A DNA stretch of 37,709 nucleotides. Source: a virus (taxonomy: Duplodnaviria > Caudoviricetes). The notes under the pieces are model-generated. The model saw nothing but the letters and a program-made list of their open reading frames with translations, searched no databases and was not told the origin of the DNA. The stretch covers positions 1 to 37,709 of IMG/VR virus record IMGVR_UViG_3300037515_000491, one strand, 5' to 3'. Positions 16,984-27,187 of this stretch are shown one piece after another; position 1 is the first letter of the stretch, and each line of letters begins with the position of its first letter. The position numbers and the translations under genes are program-made.

Positions 16984-17327
16984 ACGAAGTCACTTGCGCC
17001 GGCTGCGGCCGGCCGATTAAAAGCATGACGATCCAACCGGGGCAGGCAATGCCAGAGGTTTACCACCCCCAATGCCGCCCGCGCTCCAAGGCGCTGCGAA
17101 TAGAAGAAAACAAGATGCTGGTGACGCCTGAGGACAAGGCCGGCCTTGTAGCATTGCCGGGCATCGACAGCGAAATTGCCACAGCCTTGCACGCTGCCGG
17201 CTACAGCACAGAAGCGGCCGTGCGCGCCGCCAGTGACAAAGAACTGATTGATATTCCCGGCATTGGCGAGAAGCGGCTGGCGGATATTCGCGACGCGCTC
17301 AAAAAAGGGGCAAGGAAAAGTAAATGA
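16980..17327 (+). CDS. Helix-hairpin-helix protein with N-terminal Zn-ribbon-like motif
   Basis: CAGC...HPQC; LPGIDSEIA.AL.AAGY...ELIDIPGIGEKR. Confidence 0.7.
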   Translation: MNEVTCAGCGRPIKSMTIQPGQAMPEVYHPQCRPRSKALRIEENKMLVTPEDKAGLVALPGIDSEIATALHAAGYSTEAAVRAASDKELIDIPGIGEKRLADIRDALKKGARKSK

Positions 17328-17836
17328 GCCTGGTGACGGTAGCTGAAGTGCAGGCGGCGACGGGATCGCCCCTGTCGACCACAGACCTGCAAGTCATCAT
17401 CGACCGCACTGAGGACGAATTGACGGATTTGGCCGGGCCGTATGACGCATCCGCCATGACCGAAAACCTGAAGGGCGGTCGGGAGAGCCTGATGCTCAAG
17501 CGGCCGGTAACGGCCGTTACCAGCGTCACGGAATACACCCTATCTGACATGGTGACCGGCACGGTACTGGCCGCCAGCAAGTATTATCTATTCCCCGACC
17601 ACGGCCTGCTGAAGCGGGCGGGGCAGGTCTGGGGGCCGCTGGTGAAGGTCATCTACACGCCGCAGGACCAGACGGCGCTGCGCAAACAGGTAATTATCGA
17701 CCTGATACGGCTGGATCTGGCCCGGACCGGCCTGAAATCCGAGAGTGTGGCCGGTGAGTACAGCTACACGGCCCTGGACAATTTTGATTCTGACAGAGGG
17801 CGGGTCGCCCGCCGCCTGGTATTTTACGAGGTATAG
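17324..17836 (+). CDS. Head-tail connector/adaptor
   Basis: LVTVAEV..., PVTAVTSV, SESVAGEYSY; position. Confidence 0.75.
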   Translation: MSLVTVAEVQAATGSPLSTTDLQVIIDRTEDELTDLAGPYDASAMTENLKGGRESLMLKRPVTAVTSVTEYTLSDMVTGTVLAASKYYLFPDHGLLKRAGQVWGPLVKVIYTPQDQTALRKQVIIDLIRLDLARTGLKSESVAGEYSYTALDNFDSDRGRVARRLVFYEV

Positions 17837-17839
17837 AAA

Positions 17840-18175
17840 ATGGCACGAACAACAATCGCAGTACAGCAGATTTTACGCAGCGGCCTGGAAGCGGTCTACA
17901 CCGCCGCCAATGCCGACGGCCACGCCTTCCTAAACGACGGGAAGCGTACATTTTTACACGTGGTCAACGGCGACGCCGCCGACAAGACCCTGACCTTTGC
18001 CACGCCGTTGACGGTGGACGGCCTGGCCGTTGCTGATCGCACGGTCGTGGTCACGGCCGCCGAGGAGCGCATCATTGGTCCCTTCCCGACCGAGATTTAC
18101 GGCCAGAGCGACGGGACGATCCACGTGGATTATTCGGACGTTACCAGCGTAACGGTGGCCGCTCTGAGGTTGTAA
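17840..18175 (+). CDS. Virion structural protein (possible decoration protein)
   Basis: Beta-rich; FLNDG...L.VVNG...IGPFP; position. Confidence 0.55.
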   Translation: MARTTIAVQQILRSGLEAVYTAANADGHAFLNDGKRTFLHVVNGDAADKTLTFATPLTVDGLAVADRTVVVTAAEERIIGPFPTEIYGQSDGTIHVDYSDVTSVTVAALRL

Positions 18176-18531
18176 TGCCCGGTCTGGCTGCCCATTTCGA
18201 TCACCGCTGCGACGTGCAGCGCTACAGCCTGGCCGTCGATGCCTATAACAACCAGGCGCGGACGCCTGGCCCGCATCTATCCGACGTACCCTGCCGGCTG
18301 GTCATCAAAGCCCAGCGCGGCTTCAACAGCCTGACGGGCCAGTGGATGGTAACGACGGCTTACAAATTGTTTGTGGTCCACAGCCTCGACGTTAAAGCCG
18401 GCGACCGTATCACGAACCTGGTGGACGAAACCGGCAGCATTAACGCTCACAATTTCGAGGTCGAGGCGGCATTGCCGCACCGGGGCCGCACCGTCCGGCA
18501 CAGGACGCTGGAACTGCGAAAGGTGGAATGA
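18175..18531 (+). CDS. Head closure/stopper protein
   Basis: D.Y...VPCRL...DVKAGDRI; position. Confidence 0.7.
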   Translation: MPGLAAHFDHRCDVQRYSLAVDAYNNQARTPGPHLSDVPCRLVIKAQRGFNSLTGQWMVTTAYKLFVVHSLDVKAGDRITNLVDETGSINAHNFEVEAALPHRGRTVRHRTLELRKVE

Positions 18532-18944
18532 TGGCCGGTAGATTGGACTGGCGAGGCGCACAAACCAGAGAGCAGGTAATAGCCGCCGTGATTGACGGCC
18601 TGACCGAATTCGGGCTAACGCACGAAACGGCGGCTAAGAGCAAGCTCCAGCCGGGCCGGGGCGTCGTCACCAGCACCCTGCGCCGCTCGATTCACGCGGC
18701 CGACCCGGCTTACAATTTTGCCAGCGACGACGTGCCGGCCACGCCGGGCAGCCCGGAACGTTCCGGCAGCGGCGGCGGGGCGGCACATCAGGGCAGTACC
18801 ATTTCTATCGTGGTTGGTTCGGGGATGGTTTACGCCCGCGCTATCGAAGAGCTTTACGCCTACATGATGGAATCATTCCAGGAAGTCGCGCCGCGCCTGG
18901 CCGACATCCTCGGCAAACACGCCGGGAGGCGCGGTCTCAGATGA
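18528..18944 (+). CDS. HK97 gp10-like tail completion protein
   Basis: TSTLRRSI...VGSGMVYARAIE. Confidence 0.7.
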   Translation: MMAGRLDWRGAQTREQVIAAVIDGLTEFGLTHETAAKSKLQPGRGVVTSTLRRSIHAADPAYNFASDDVPATPGSPERSGSGGGAAHQGSTISIVVGSGMVYARAIEELYAYMMESFQEVAPRLADILGKHAGRRGLR

Positions 18945-19396
18945 GTGTAGACGCCATCGAAGCGGTACTGAAGCTGGCCCAGGCCTACAGCGGCCTGGCG
19001 ACGATCACCGGCGGCCGCATCGCCCAGCGCCACCGCTACGGCCAGGACAGCGGCGACTGGCCGCTAAACGGCAGCAGCCTCATCCTGTCACCGGCCGGGG
19101 GCGACGGCCTGCTTTATGTCACCGCGCAAAAACAGCTAATCGAAGCCCGCTGCTATGGCGACACACCTTACGCCTGCGGCCAGGTCTGGCGGGAGTTGGT
19201 GGCCTTCAGCCGCGTCGACGGCCGGCGCACGGTAGTCGTCACCGAGGGCGTGGCTCTGGTGTATTACGTAATCGTCCGGGCGCAGCCCCGGCTGCTGATG
19301 GATGAAGAGATACGGCCCAACGGCGGAATGCCCGCCTATGCCGCCGTGCTAGAGGCCGACGTGGCCGAGACAATTGTGGGGCCGATCCCCACGTAA
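18941..19396 (+). CDS. Tail terminator-like protein
   Basis: Position before tail tube; size. Confidence 0.6.
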   Translation: MSVDAIEAVLKLAQAYSGLATITGGRIAQRHRYGQDSGDWPLNGSSLILSPAGGDGLLYVTAQKQLIEARCYGDTPYACGQVWRELVAFSRVDGRRTVVVTEGVALVYYVIVRAQPRLLMDEEIRPNGGMPAYAAVLEADVAETIVGPIPT

Positions 19397-19405
19397 GGAG
19401 ACACA

Positions 19406-19990
19406 ATGGCACAACACAGCCCCTTTGGGCAACTAATAGGACCGCTGAAAATCTACGTCGCTCCGTTTGGCACGACGGCCGAAGCCGAGCCGGATGTTGA
19501 TGTGGCACCGGCGGGGAATTGGGTAGAACTGGGCGAAACCGATGGCGATCAGGTGATTCAGCACACCGGTACAATGACCTATTTCAGCGACAACAACCAC
19601 ACCGAGGACATTACCGGCGTGCGCGGCGCGGAAGGCGTGATGGTGCGGGCGACGCTGGTCAACCTGACCCTGGAGATGCGCGCCCGCGTTTTGGGATTGG
19701 CCGTTGGCGCGGTCACCACCGACGCCGGCCCGCCGGCAGTCAAGCAGCTGCGCCACAAACGCGGCTTCTACCCGCAGCCTTACTCGCTGCTGCTGCGCGG
19801 CTCGGTCGATTCGCCCTATGGCCAGTTTCCGGGGCAGCGCTACATCCCGAAGGGGCTGATGGACGGTGAACCGGAAGAAACCCGCAGCAAGGCCGGCCGG
19901 GCCGGGCTGGCCTTTGAATTCCACGCATTGGGCGATGACAATCAGGCCGATGACAGTGAGTTGGGCTGGTTGACGGTGCAAACGGCATGA
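19406..19990 (+). CDS. Major tail (tube) protein
   Basis: IGP.KIYVAP.GT...W.ELG.TDG; AAGGAG RBS. Confidence 0.8.
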   Translation: MAQHSPFGQLIGPLKIYVAPFGTTAEAEPDVDVAPAGNWVELGETDGDQVIQHTGTMTYFSDNNHTEDITGVRGAEGVMVRATLVNLTLEMRARVLGLAVGAVTTDAGPPAVKQLRHKRGFYPQPYSLLLRGSVDSPYGQFPGQRYIPKGLMDGEPEETRSKAGRAGLAFEFHALGDDNQADDSELGWLTVQTA

Positions 19991-20379
19991 GTGTCCTGAA
20001 CCTTTCCGAACTCATCCCCGAACGGGACACGCTCGATATGGGCAACGGCGTCAATCTGGAATTTATCAGCCGCGCCGAAATGGACGTGGAAGACCTGGCC
20101 AAAATGCAGAAAATGCGGCGGTCGACAGTGGACGCACAAAAGCGCCTGGAGAAAGCCGAGACGGAACAGGCCGCGCTCGCTGCCGCCAAGAAGGTGAACG
20201 ATGTCCTGGGCGATTTACTGCAATTGATTATCCCCGACCTCACCGATGACCAGCTGGCCGCGCTGCGCATGGGCCAACGCGGCCAGATCATTACCTGGTG
20301 GACCGAACGCCACAAGGAAGCGGATGCGGTACTGGACCCAAACGGGGTGGGGGCCGCTGGCCCACCCGCAGCGAACTAG
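19987..20379 (+). CDS. Tail assembly chaperone (gpG-like)
   Basis: Between tube and TMP; slippery site near 3' end. Confidence 0.75.
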   Translation: MSVLNLSELIPERDTLDMGNGVNLEFISRAEMDVEDLAKMQKMRRSTVDAQKRLEKAETEQAALAAAKKVNDVLGDLLQLIIPDLTDDQLAALRMGQRGQIITWWTERHKEADAVLDPNGVGAAGPPAAN

Positions 20380-20708
20380 ACCTGGCTCGCTTCGTGCGCT
20401 ATTACGGCCTGGACCCGCGCCGGCTGCCGTTGTGGATGGTGGAAGCCCTGGAGCGGTCGATTGAGCCGCTGCGGGCGGAAGAGACAACGCACCGGGCAAT
20501 GGCGGCGCGGATGGCCAGAGCCAGGACTGGCGATTGGCGGTCGATGATCGCCCACCTGGCGTACCTGGCTGAACCGTACGATCCGCCGGTGGATGTGGCC
20601 GGCGACCGGGTCGCAGACACCGAACCCGACCCGGACGCGGCCAGGGCCTGGTTTGAGGCAGCGGGCATCAGGGTTACAGCCGCGCAATCCGGCCACAGCC
20701 CGGCTTAA
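20337..20708 (+). CDS. -1 frameshift extension of tail chaperone (gpGT-like)
   Basis: C-CCA-AAC heptamer at 20337-20343 in the G frame; -1 frame open to 20708 with LARFVRYYGLDP. Confidence 0.75.
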   Translation, partial: PKRGGGRWPTRSELDLARFVRYYGLDPRRLPLWMVEALERSIEPLRAEETTHRAMAARMARARTGDWRSMIAHLAYLAEPYDPPVDVAGDRVADTEPDPDAARAWFEAAGIRVTAAQSGHSPA

Positions 20709-20711
20709 GTT

Positions 20712-20739
20712 GCGGCCCGTAGGGGCCGCTTTTTATTTA
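20712..20739 (+). terminator. Terminator-like hairpin before TMP
   Basis: GCGGCCC-GTAG-GGGCCGC + TTTTTATTT. Confidence 0.6.
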
Positions 20740-20759
20740 TCGCACTGGAATAACGGCAA

Positions 20760-23075
20760 ATGGCAACATTAGGCATCGCTACGCTCGAAACCATCGTTGA
20801 CCTGGACGGACTGAACAAAGGTCTGGTCGATGGCGAGCGCCAGACGAAGGGTTGGACCGACCGCGTCGGCTCACTGGTGACCAGCGGCCTGAAAGTAGCC
20901 GTCACGGCGGCGGCGGCGGTGGCCACGGCCGTGGCCGGCATCGGCGTGGCCGGCGTGCTGGCCTTCTCCGGTTTCCAGGGCAGCATGAACGAGGTGTTTA
21001 CGCTGCTGCCCGGCATCAGTCAGGACGCGATGGACAAGATGTCCGGCCAGGTGCTGGACTTTTCGCGCGATTTTGCCGTCTTACCGGAGCAGGTCGTACC
21101 GGCGCTGTACCAGTCACTTAGCGCCGGCGTGCCGGAAGATAACGTTTTCGCCTTCCTGGAGACGGCCCAAAAGGCGGCCGTGGGTGGGGTGACGGAGTTG
21201 GAAACGGCCGTAGACGGTATCTCCAGCGTCGTCAATGCCTACGGCTCGGAAGTCATCAGCGCCGCTGAAGCCAGTGACATCATGTTCACGGCCGTTCGGT
21301 TGGGCAAAACCGATTTCGGCCAGCTCTCCGCCTCGCTCTTCAACGTCATCCCGGCGGCAAGCTCCCTGGGGGTCGGGTTCGGCGACGTGGCCGCCCAATT
21401 AGCCGTCCTGACCGGCCAGGGCACGCCCACGTCCGTGGCCACGACCCAGATTCGGGCGGCGCTGAACGAGGCGGCCAACAGCAGCAGCAAACTGGCTCAG
21501 GAAATCGAGGCGCTGACCGGTAAATCATTCGTCGATTTGATTGGCGAGGGCCAGTCAACGGCCGAAATCCTCAACACCGTGCGCGAATCCATGCCTGACC
21601 AGGCATTCCGCGAACTATTCGGCAGCGTGGAGGCGATGAATGCCGCCCTGGGCATTACCGGCCCCAACTTCGAGAAAACAACCGACGCCCTGAACGATAT
21701 GGCCGGCGCGGCCGGGGCAACGGACGCGGCCTATGAGACGATGGATCAGGGCATCGGCCGGGCGATGGAACGGCTTAAGGTATTTGGCAACACAGCACTG
21801 ATTGAAGTCGGCGACGCGCTAAGCCCGCTGGTTGACATGGTGCTGAATTTTGCCGAGGGAGCGCTGCCGAAAGTCGAGGACGTGCTCAATAACGCGGTGA
21901 TTCCGGCGATTGAGACGGTGGCCACCGCATTTAGCAATCTATTTGCACAATTGCAAAACGGAGTCGATCCGATAACTGCACTGGTTAGTTTTGTTAGTCA
22001 ATTAATTTTTGGTTTTGGCGGAACGAGTGAGCAAGTGCAGGCGTTCAATAATTTTGTGTGGCAGGCGGTCGAGGCCGTGCAGTCATTTATGGAGCCAATC
22101 GTCACCTGGATTCAAAACAACGTCGAGTTACAAGACATCCTTATTGTCCTGGCCGGGGTCATTGCTGTTACCGTCCTACCTATCCTGTACTCGCTGCTGG
22201 CCACCATCGCCAGCATTGCCCTGCCGGTTGTGGCGGCGATTGCGATCGTGGCGTTGATGAGGCAGGCGTGGGAGAGCGATTGGGGCGGGATTCAGGGCAA
22301 GGTGCAGTCCGCCGTGGCCTTCATCCAGAATATCATCACTACCGTCATGACGGCCGTGCAAACGTTCTGGACCAATCACGGCGCGGCTATCATGGAGAGC
22401 GCTCAGGAAGCGTGGGCATTTATCCAGAGCTATATTGACACGGTGCTAACTGTCGTCAGCAGCATTTTTGCTGCGTTCAAATCCGCCTTCGAGGGCGACT
22501 GGCGCGGTTTCGGCGAGAATCTGCGCAAAGCCTGGGACGCAGCCTGGGGATTCATCACGACGGCATTCACCAATGCCAAGGACGCCATTATCAAGGTTGC
22601 CGCCGGGCTGGTTCTGGACTTGATTGCCAAGTTCCAGGACGTTGATTGGGGCGGGGTCGGGACCAATATCATCCAGGGCATCGCCAACGGCATTACGGCA
22701 GCGGCCGGATTTGTCGCCGACGCAGCGCGGGCGGCGGCGCAAGCGGCCCTGGACGCGGCTAAGGGATTCCTGGGCATTGATTCGCCATCGAAGGCGTTTG
22801 CCGAATTGGGCCGGTTCAGCATGGAAGGCATGGCGTTAGGCGTAGCGGACTCCGAGCCGGTCGTGACAGCGGCGGCAACCAGAGCCATGGGGCGGCTCGT
22901 TGGCAATCTGGCCGACATGGCTCTGTCACCCGCCCTGGTTGGCTCTGGGAACGTCGCCAATACCGACAGGAGCACGAATTTCAACATTTATCCTCAATAT
23001 GCCAACGGGCAGAGCGAAGGCGACTTACGGGCCGATATTCGCCTGCTGCAAATGATGCACGGAGGCGCGGCATGA
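20760..23075 (+). CDS. Tape measure protein (TP901-like)
   Basis: ALYQSLSAG, AVRLGKTDF, Trp-spaced helical repeats, LGIDSPSK. Confidence 0.92.
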   Translation: MATLGIATLETIVDLDGLNKGLVDGERQTKGWTDRVGSLVTSGLKVAVTAAAAVATAVAGIGVAGVLAFSGFQGSMNEVFTLLPGISQDAMDKMSGQVLDFSRDFAVLPEQVVPALYQSLSAGVPEDNVFAFLETAQKAAVGGVTELETAVDGISSVVNAYGSEVISAAEASDIMFTAVRLGKTDFGQLSASLFNVIPAASSLGVGFGDVAAQLAVLTGQGTPTSVATTQIRAALNEAANSSSKLAQEIEALTGKSFVDLIGEGQSTAEILNTVRESMPDQAFRELFGSVEAMNAALGITGPNFEKTTDALNDMAGAAGATDAAYETMDQGIGRAMERLKVFGNTALIEVGDALSPLVDMVLNFAEGALPKVEDVLNNAVIPAIETVATAFSNLFAQLQNGVDPITALVSFVSQLIFGFGGTSEQVQAFNNFVWQAVEAVQSFMEPIVTWIQNNVELQDILIVLAGVIAVTVLPILYSLLATIASIALPVVAAIAIVALMRQAWESDWGGIQGKVQSAVAFIQNIITTVMTAVQTFWTNHGAAIMESAQEAWAFIQSYIDTVLTVVSSIFAAFKSAFEGDWRGFGENLRKAWDAAWGFITTAFTNAKDAIIKVAAGLVLDLIAKFQDVDWGGVGTNIIQGIANGITAAAGFVADAARAAAQAALDAAKGFLGIDSPSKAFAELGRFSMEGMALGVADSEPVVTAAATRAMGRLVGNLADMALSPALVGSGNVANTDRSTNFNIYPQYANGQSEGDLRADIRLLQMMHGGAA

Positions 23076-23959
23076 TTTACGACGTGGCAGTCATCACCAA
23101 TGGCATCGAACACCCCTTGAGCAGCGGCGCCTACTTGTGGCAAGGCGAGGACGGCTGGGCCATGCCGCCGGTACGCCGGCTTACCGAGCGGGGCGGGCAG
23201 CAGCACGGCTCGACCGACAGGGGCTTCCTGTTGGAGCCACGGCCGTTGGGGGCGGTGTTTCGCTTTTTTGCGGAAACGCCCACCGATTTATGGGCGTATC
23301 GCAGCCAGCTCATCACCTGGTTCGCGCCTTACAACAGCCCGGCGCTAAAAGTGACGTTGGCGGGCGGGCTGATCCGCCACATCGACTGCTACTATGCCGG
23401 CGACATGACCATGCCGGCGTCGGACCGCGATTTTCTGGCCCAGGCGGTGGGTTTGCAGCTCATAGCGCCCGATCCGTCGTGGTACGATCCGGCAGGGGCG
23501 GCGGCGACGTTTGCCCTGGGCGGCGGCGGGGATGCGTTTACGATTCCGCATGCGGTTCCGCATGGGGTAGGCGCCTCGACCATCGACCAGGTGAACGTGA
23601 TTGCCTATACGGGGACGTGGTTCAGTTTTCCGCATTTGATTCGGATTACCGGGCCGATTGAGGACGCGGTTATCACGAATGAGGCGACGGGGGAAAAACT
23701 CGACTTCACCGGCGTGACGATTGCCGGCGGCGACTATTACGACATCGACACGCGATACGGGCGTAAAACGGTGGTGGATTCGAGCGGCGTGAACAAAATC
23801 GCCGACTTGACCAGCGACAGTGACCTGGCCACGTTCCACCTGGCTCCGGATTCGGCGGAAGCGCCGGGCGGCCTCAACAGCATCCGGGTGACAGGAACGA
23901 GCGTGACGGAGGCCACGGGCGTGGCGGTGAATTATTACATTCGGGATTTAGGGATTTAG
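23072..23959 (+). CDS. Distal tail protein (Dit)
   Basis: Follows TMP; QHGS, APDPSWY, aromatic-Pro arm, ITGPI...N. Confidence 0.8.
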   Translation: MIYDVAVITNGIEHPLSSGAYLWQGEDGWAMPPVRRLTERGGQQHGSTDRGFLLEPRPLGAVFRFFAETPTDLWAYRSQLITWFAPYNSPALKVTLAGGLIRHIDCYYAGDMTMPASDRDFLAQAVGLQLIAPDPSWYDPAGAAATFALGGGGDAFTIPHAVPHGVGASTIDQVNVIAYTGTWFSFPHLIRITGPIEDAVITNEATGEKLDFTGVTIAGGDYYDIDTRYGRKTVVDSSGVNKIADLTSDSDLATFHLAPDSAEAPGGLNSIRVTGTSVTEATGVAVNYYIRDLGI

Positions 23960-23987
23960 GCGACTATCGTCGCATGGAGATTGAATC

Positions 23988-24812
23988 ATGTCAGAATTTT
24001 CATATTGGTGGACTACAAGCGGTACACCATCAGGTGATCAAGTAGCAAGTTACACGCAGGCGCATCTGGCACGGATTGCGGCGGTGCTGGCGGCGTGCAG
24101 CGGGTTCGAGGGGGTGGCGCCCGGCTACCTGAACAGTCTGGCCGGCACAGTGACCGGGGCCAACACGGTGCAAATCAACACCGGCGGCGCGGTGGTTGAC
24201 GGCAAGGTTTATGACAGTGACTCGGCGGTAAACGTCAACATTCCGTCCGCTTCCGGCGGCGGTAATACGCGCATTGACCGGATTGTGCTGCGGGTAAGTT
24301 GGAGCGCCTTCACGGTCCGGATTACGCGCATTGCGGGCACGGACGCGGCCAGCCCGGCCGCGCCGGCGATTACGCAGACGAGCGGCACGACGTATGACAT
24401 TACGTTGTACCAGGCGCTGGTGAACACGAGCGGCACGGTGACGCTGACGGATGAGCGGACAGTGGCCAGCCTATTTACACATCGGCAAGGTGCGGATGCA
24501 ACAGATTGGGAAGAGGAAGGCGCGACGACGTACATCCCCGCCAATATGAGGATTCAAATGGGTGTGGCAGTCGTCGGGGTATTGGCCGGCGGAGCGGACT
24601 CGGGGAATATTGATGTTACATTCCCTATTCCTTTTGGAGGTACCAATGCCCCGCTGGTGGTTGGCAGTCCTTTTAGTGCTTTGTCAAGTAACGCGCATTT
24701 TTCTTACGGCATTGCAAGCTCGCAGGCGACGAAATTCACTGTGCGGGTTTACAACAACAGCGCATCTTCGTTTGAAGTGAACTTTTCATGGATAGCAATC
24801 GGACCCAGATAA
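23988..24812 (+). CDS. Minor tail / fibre-like protein with variable C-terminal domain
   Basis: RIDRIVLR N-terminal domain; C-terminal IQMG...VTFPIPF...WIAIG. Confidence 0.75.
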   Translation: MSEFSYWWTTSGTPSGDQVASYTQAHLARIAAVLAACSGFEGVAPGYLNSLAGTVTGANTVQINTGGAVVDGKVYDSDSAVNVNIPSASGGGNTRIDRIVLRVSWSAFTVRITRIAGTDAASPAAPAITQTSGTTYDITLYQALVNTSGTVTLTDERTVASLFTHRQGADATDWEEEGATTYIPANMRIQMGVAVVGVLAGGADSGNIDVTFPIPFGGTNAPLVVGSPFSALSSNAHFSYGIASSQATKFTVRVYNNSASSFEVNFSWIAIGPR

Positions 24813-25189
24813 TGCAGATTTCACGGCGTGGGTTCCTGGGCGGTTTGGCAGCATTGGCAGCGGTAACGGCCGTGTCCCTACGCCGGGCCGGGCGCTATCT
24901 GTTGACGGCGGCCGGCCTGTGGGAAGTGCCGATGACAGTCCCGGTCGAGGTAGCGCATGGGGTTGTTGTACCGATTCCGACGAATACGGCCACGGCTACG
25001 CCCACGGTGACGGCCACGGCTACACCCACATTTACGCCAACCGCAACGGACACGCCCACAAGCACCCCCACTTCGACAAGCTCAGCGACCGCCACGGCTA
25101 CGGCGACGAATACCCCATCGGCCACCCCCACCCCAACGCCCGTACCGACCTACGAAACATATCTCCCCCTGGTGACAAATGGCGACTGA
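24812..25189 (+). CDS. Tat-signal, Thr/Pro-rich protein ending in a YLPLV motif
   Basis: [17 protein letters not shown] twin-Arg signal; TATATPT repeats; TYLPLV. Confidence 0.7.
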   Translation: MQISRRGFLGGLAALAAVTAVSLRRAGRYLLTAAGLWEVPMTVPVEVAHGVVVPIPTNTATATPTVTATATPTFTPTATDTPTSTPTSTSSATATATATNTPSATPTPTPVPTYETYLPLVTNGD

Positions 25190-26264
25190 TTACAAAATCC
25201 GCATCTATGACACCAGCGGCGTTCTCCAGGCGGAGTTTGTCGATTTCCTCACCCTGGCTTACAGCAAAGTCGTCAACGACCCCGGCCTGGGCACATTCGT
25301 CATAAGCGGCGAAAATCCGGCCATCGACCTGTTGACGGATAAATCACAGGTCGAATTCTGGCGGCGCAACCGGGAACAGGACATCGACTGGACCTGCGAC
25401 TTCTACGGCCTGTATCGGGAACCGGACCGGCGCGGGGCCAGGCCCGGCGTCTTTACCGCCACCTGCCCCGGCCAGATGAGCCTGCTGTCGCGGCGCATCG
25501 TGGCCTGGAAGGCGGGCACGAACAACCGTTCTAAATTCATTGCCGCCCCGGCCGAAACGGTGATGAAGACGCTGGTAGACTACAACGCCGCCGCCAACGC
25601 CACGACCGCCAACGGCCGTGAGCGGGCCGGGGTCATTGGCGGTATCACCGTCGAAGCCGACGGCGGCGGCGGGAATACCGTTGACTGGTACTGCGCTTAT
25701 GAGAATTTGCTGGAGTCGCTGCAAGGGCTGGCCAGCATTGGCGGCGGCGATTTTGACCTGGTGAAAACGGCGGCGGCGGCCTGGCAGTTCCGCTGGTATA
25801 CCGGGCAGCTGGGAACCGACCGCAGCAGCAGCGTCGTTTTTTCTCTGGGCTATGACAACATGAGCGATCCCCGGTTCCGCACCCGGCGGCTGGGCGAAAA
25901 ATCGGCGGCCATCGTCGGCGGGCAGGGTGAGGGCGCGGCGCGGGCCATTGCCGTGCGTACCGGGGCCAATTACAGCGCCGCCAATGACATCGAAGTGTTT
26001 GTGGATGCCAGGGACGTGAGTACGGTCGAGGGCCTGGAGACGAGGGGCGATCAGGCGCTGGCAATGCTGCGGGCGCTGGATGAATTCGATTTCGACGTGC
26101 TGCAAACGGCCGCTTCCGCCTACGGGAAACATTACGGTTTAGGCGACCTGGTAACGGCCGTTTCGCCGTACAGCGGCCTGGGCATCGTGCGCAAAATCAG
26201 GCGCGTGACCGTCGCCGTGAGCCGGCGCGGCGAACAGATAGGAGTGGAAACGGCCGATGTCTGA
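25179..26264 (+). CDS. Baseplate hub/Tal-like protein (siphovirus Gp37-like)
   Basis: GTDRS..VVFS...[31 protein letters not shown]. Confidence 0.85.
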   Translation: MATDYKIRIYDTSGVLQAEFVDFLTLAYSKVVNDPGLGTFVISGENPAIDLLTDKSQVEFWRRNREQDIDWTCDFYGLYREPDRRGARPGVFTATCPGQMSLLSRRIVAWKAGTNNRSKFIAAPAETVMKTLVDYNAAANATTANGRERAGVIGGITVEADGGGGNTVDWYCAYENLLESLQGLASIGGGDFDLVKTAAAAWQFRWYTGQLGTDRSSSVVFSLGYDNMSDPRFRTRRLGEKSAAIVGGQGEGAARAIAVRTGANYSAANDIEVFVDARDVSTVEGLETRGDQALAMLRALDEFDFDVLQTAASAYGKHYGLGDLVTAVSPYSGLGIVRKIRRVTVAVSRRGEQIGVETADV

Positions 26265-27066
26265 TGACGTGAACCGGCGGCAGATAGAGCGCCAGAAGGC
26301 GCTGGAGCAGCGGCTGGCGGCGCTGGAGCGGCTGGAGACGCCGGGCGGGCAGGTGGACGCCTGGGCGCGGGCTGTGGGTATGCTTCAGATGTTTCCGGGG
26401 GTTCGTGGCATCTGGCCGATGTCGGCACAAAATTCGAGCGGACAGGTTATTGATGTCAGCGGGAATGGAAACCATTTGACGCAGTCTGGTTCGCCCTTAA
26501 TCGTAGCGGCGACGACCAGTTTGTTTCCGTACGTCTCTTATGCGACGACGGGCCGATACCATTTTCACACAGACAGTGCCGAATTCGATATTTTAGGCAA
26601 TGAACCATATGTCTTTTCTGGCATACGCGGTTTGACGATGGGCTGTTGGGTCAGGCGACAGAACGTATCTGCTGCGCAGGAAGGTTTTCTCAGCAAGAGA
26701 TCGACAGGCAACAGCGGCTATGCTCTGTACGGAATCACGACCGGCGCGGTTCGCGGAATAATTGGCAGCGGAGCAGTGGAGGGCATAGTCACAAGCGCGG
26801 CGGTTGCAGCCAATAACGAGTGGCGTTTTTGTGCTTTGAAATTCGTTCCGGCTACGTCTGTGTCGGTCTGGCTGGACAGCGAAAAGACAACAGTGGCAAC
26901 AGCTATCGCCACCATAGACAACAATGCGGCAAATTTTCAAATAGGCAATCTGGCCGGATTGTATTTGAATGGGTTCATCTCCCTGGCCTTCCTCTGCGCC
27001 GCCGCCGCGCCCGACCTGTTTATCAATTCGTTCTATGGATATTCGCGGGGGTTGTATGGGGTATAA
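26257..27066 (+). CDS. Tail protein with LamG/concanavalin A-like domain (candidate receptor-binding protein)
   Basis: N-terminal coiled coil; DVSGNGNHLT, LTMGCWV, WRFCA, FQIG. Confidence 0.75.
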   Translation: MSDDVNRRQIERQKALEQRLAALERLETPGGQVDAWARAVGMLQMFPGVRGIWPMSAQNSSGQVIDVSGNGNHLTQSGSPLIVAATTSLFPYVSYATTGRYHFHTDSAEFDILGNEPYVFSGIRGLTMGCWVRRQNVSAAQEGFLSKRSTGNSGYALYGITTGAVRGIIGSGAVEGIVTSAAVAANNEWRFCALKFVPATSVSVWLDSEKTTVATAIATIDNNAANFQIGNLAGLYLNGFISLAFLCAAAAPDLFINSFYGYSRGLYGV

Positions 27067-27088
27067 GTAGAGTGGAGAGTGATGAGTG

Positions 27089-27187
27089 ATGAGTAGGAAC
27101 GGCTGCCGGGCGCTGTTTTGGGGCGCTGTTTTGGGCGCGGCGGCGTGGGTGGTTTTGATTGCGATTTTGATTAACTACTGGAGGTAA
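27089..27187 (+). CDS. Small single-TM peptide (32 aa)
   Basis: MSRNGCRALFWGAVLGAAAWVVLIAILINYWR; TAATG coupling to next gene; not in ORF track. Confidence 0.5.
   Translation: MSRNGCRALFWGAVLGAAAWVVLIAILINYWR

Noticed and set aside
23988-27066. Diversity-generating retroelement acting on tail genes
   Set aside because: No reverse transcriptase ORF and no TR/VR repeat pair differing at adenines was seen
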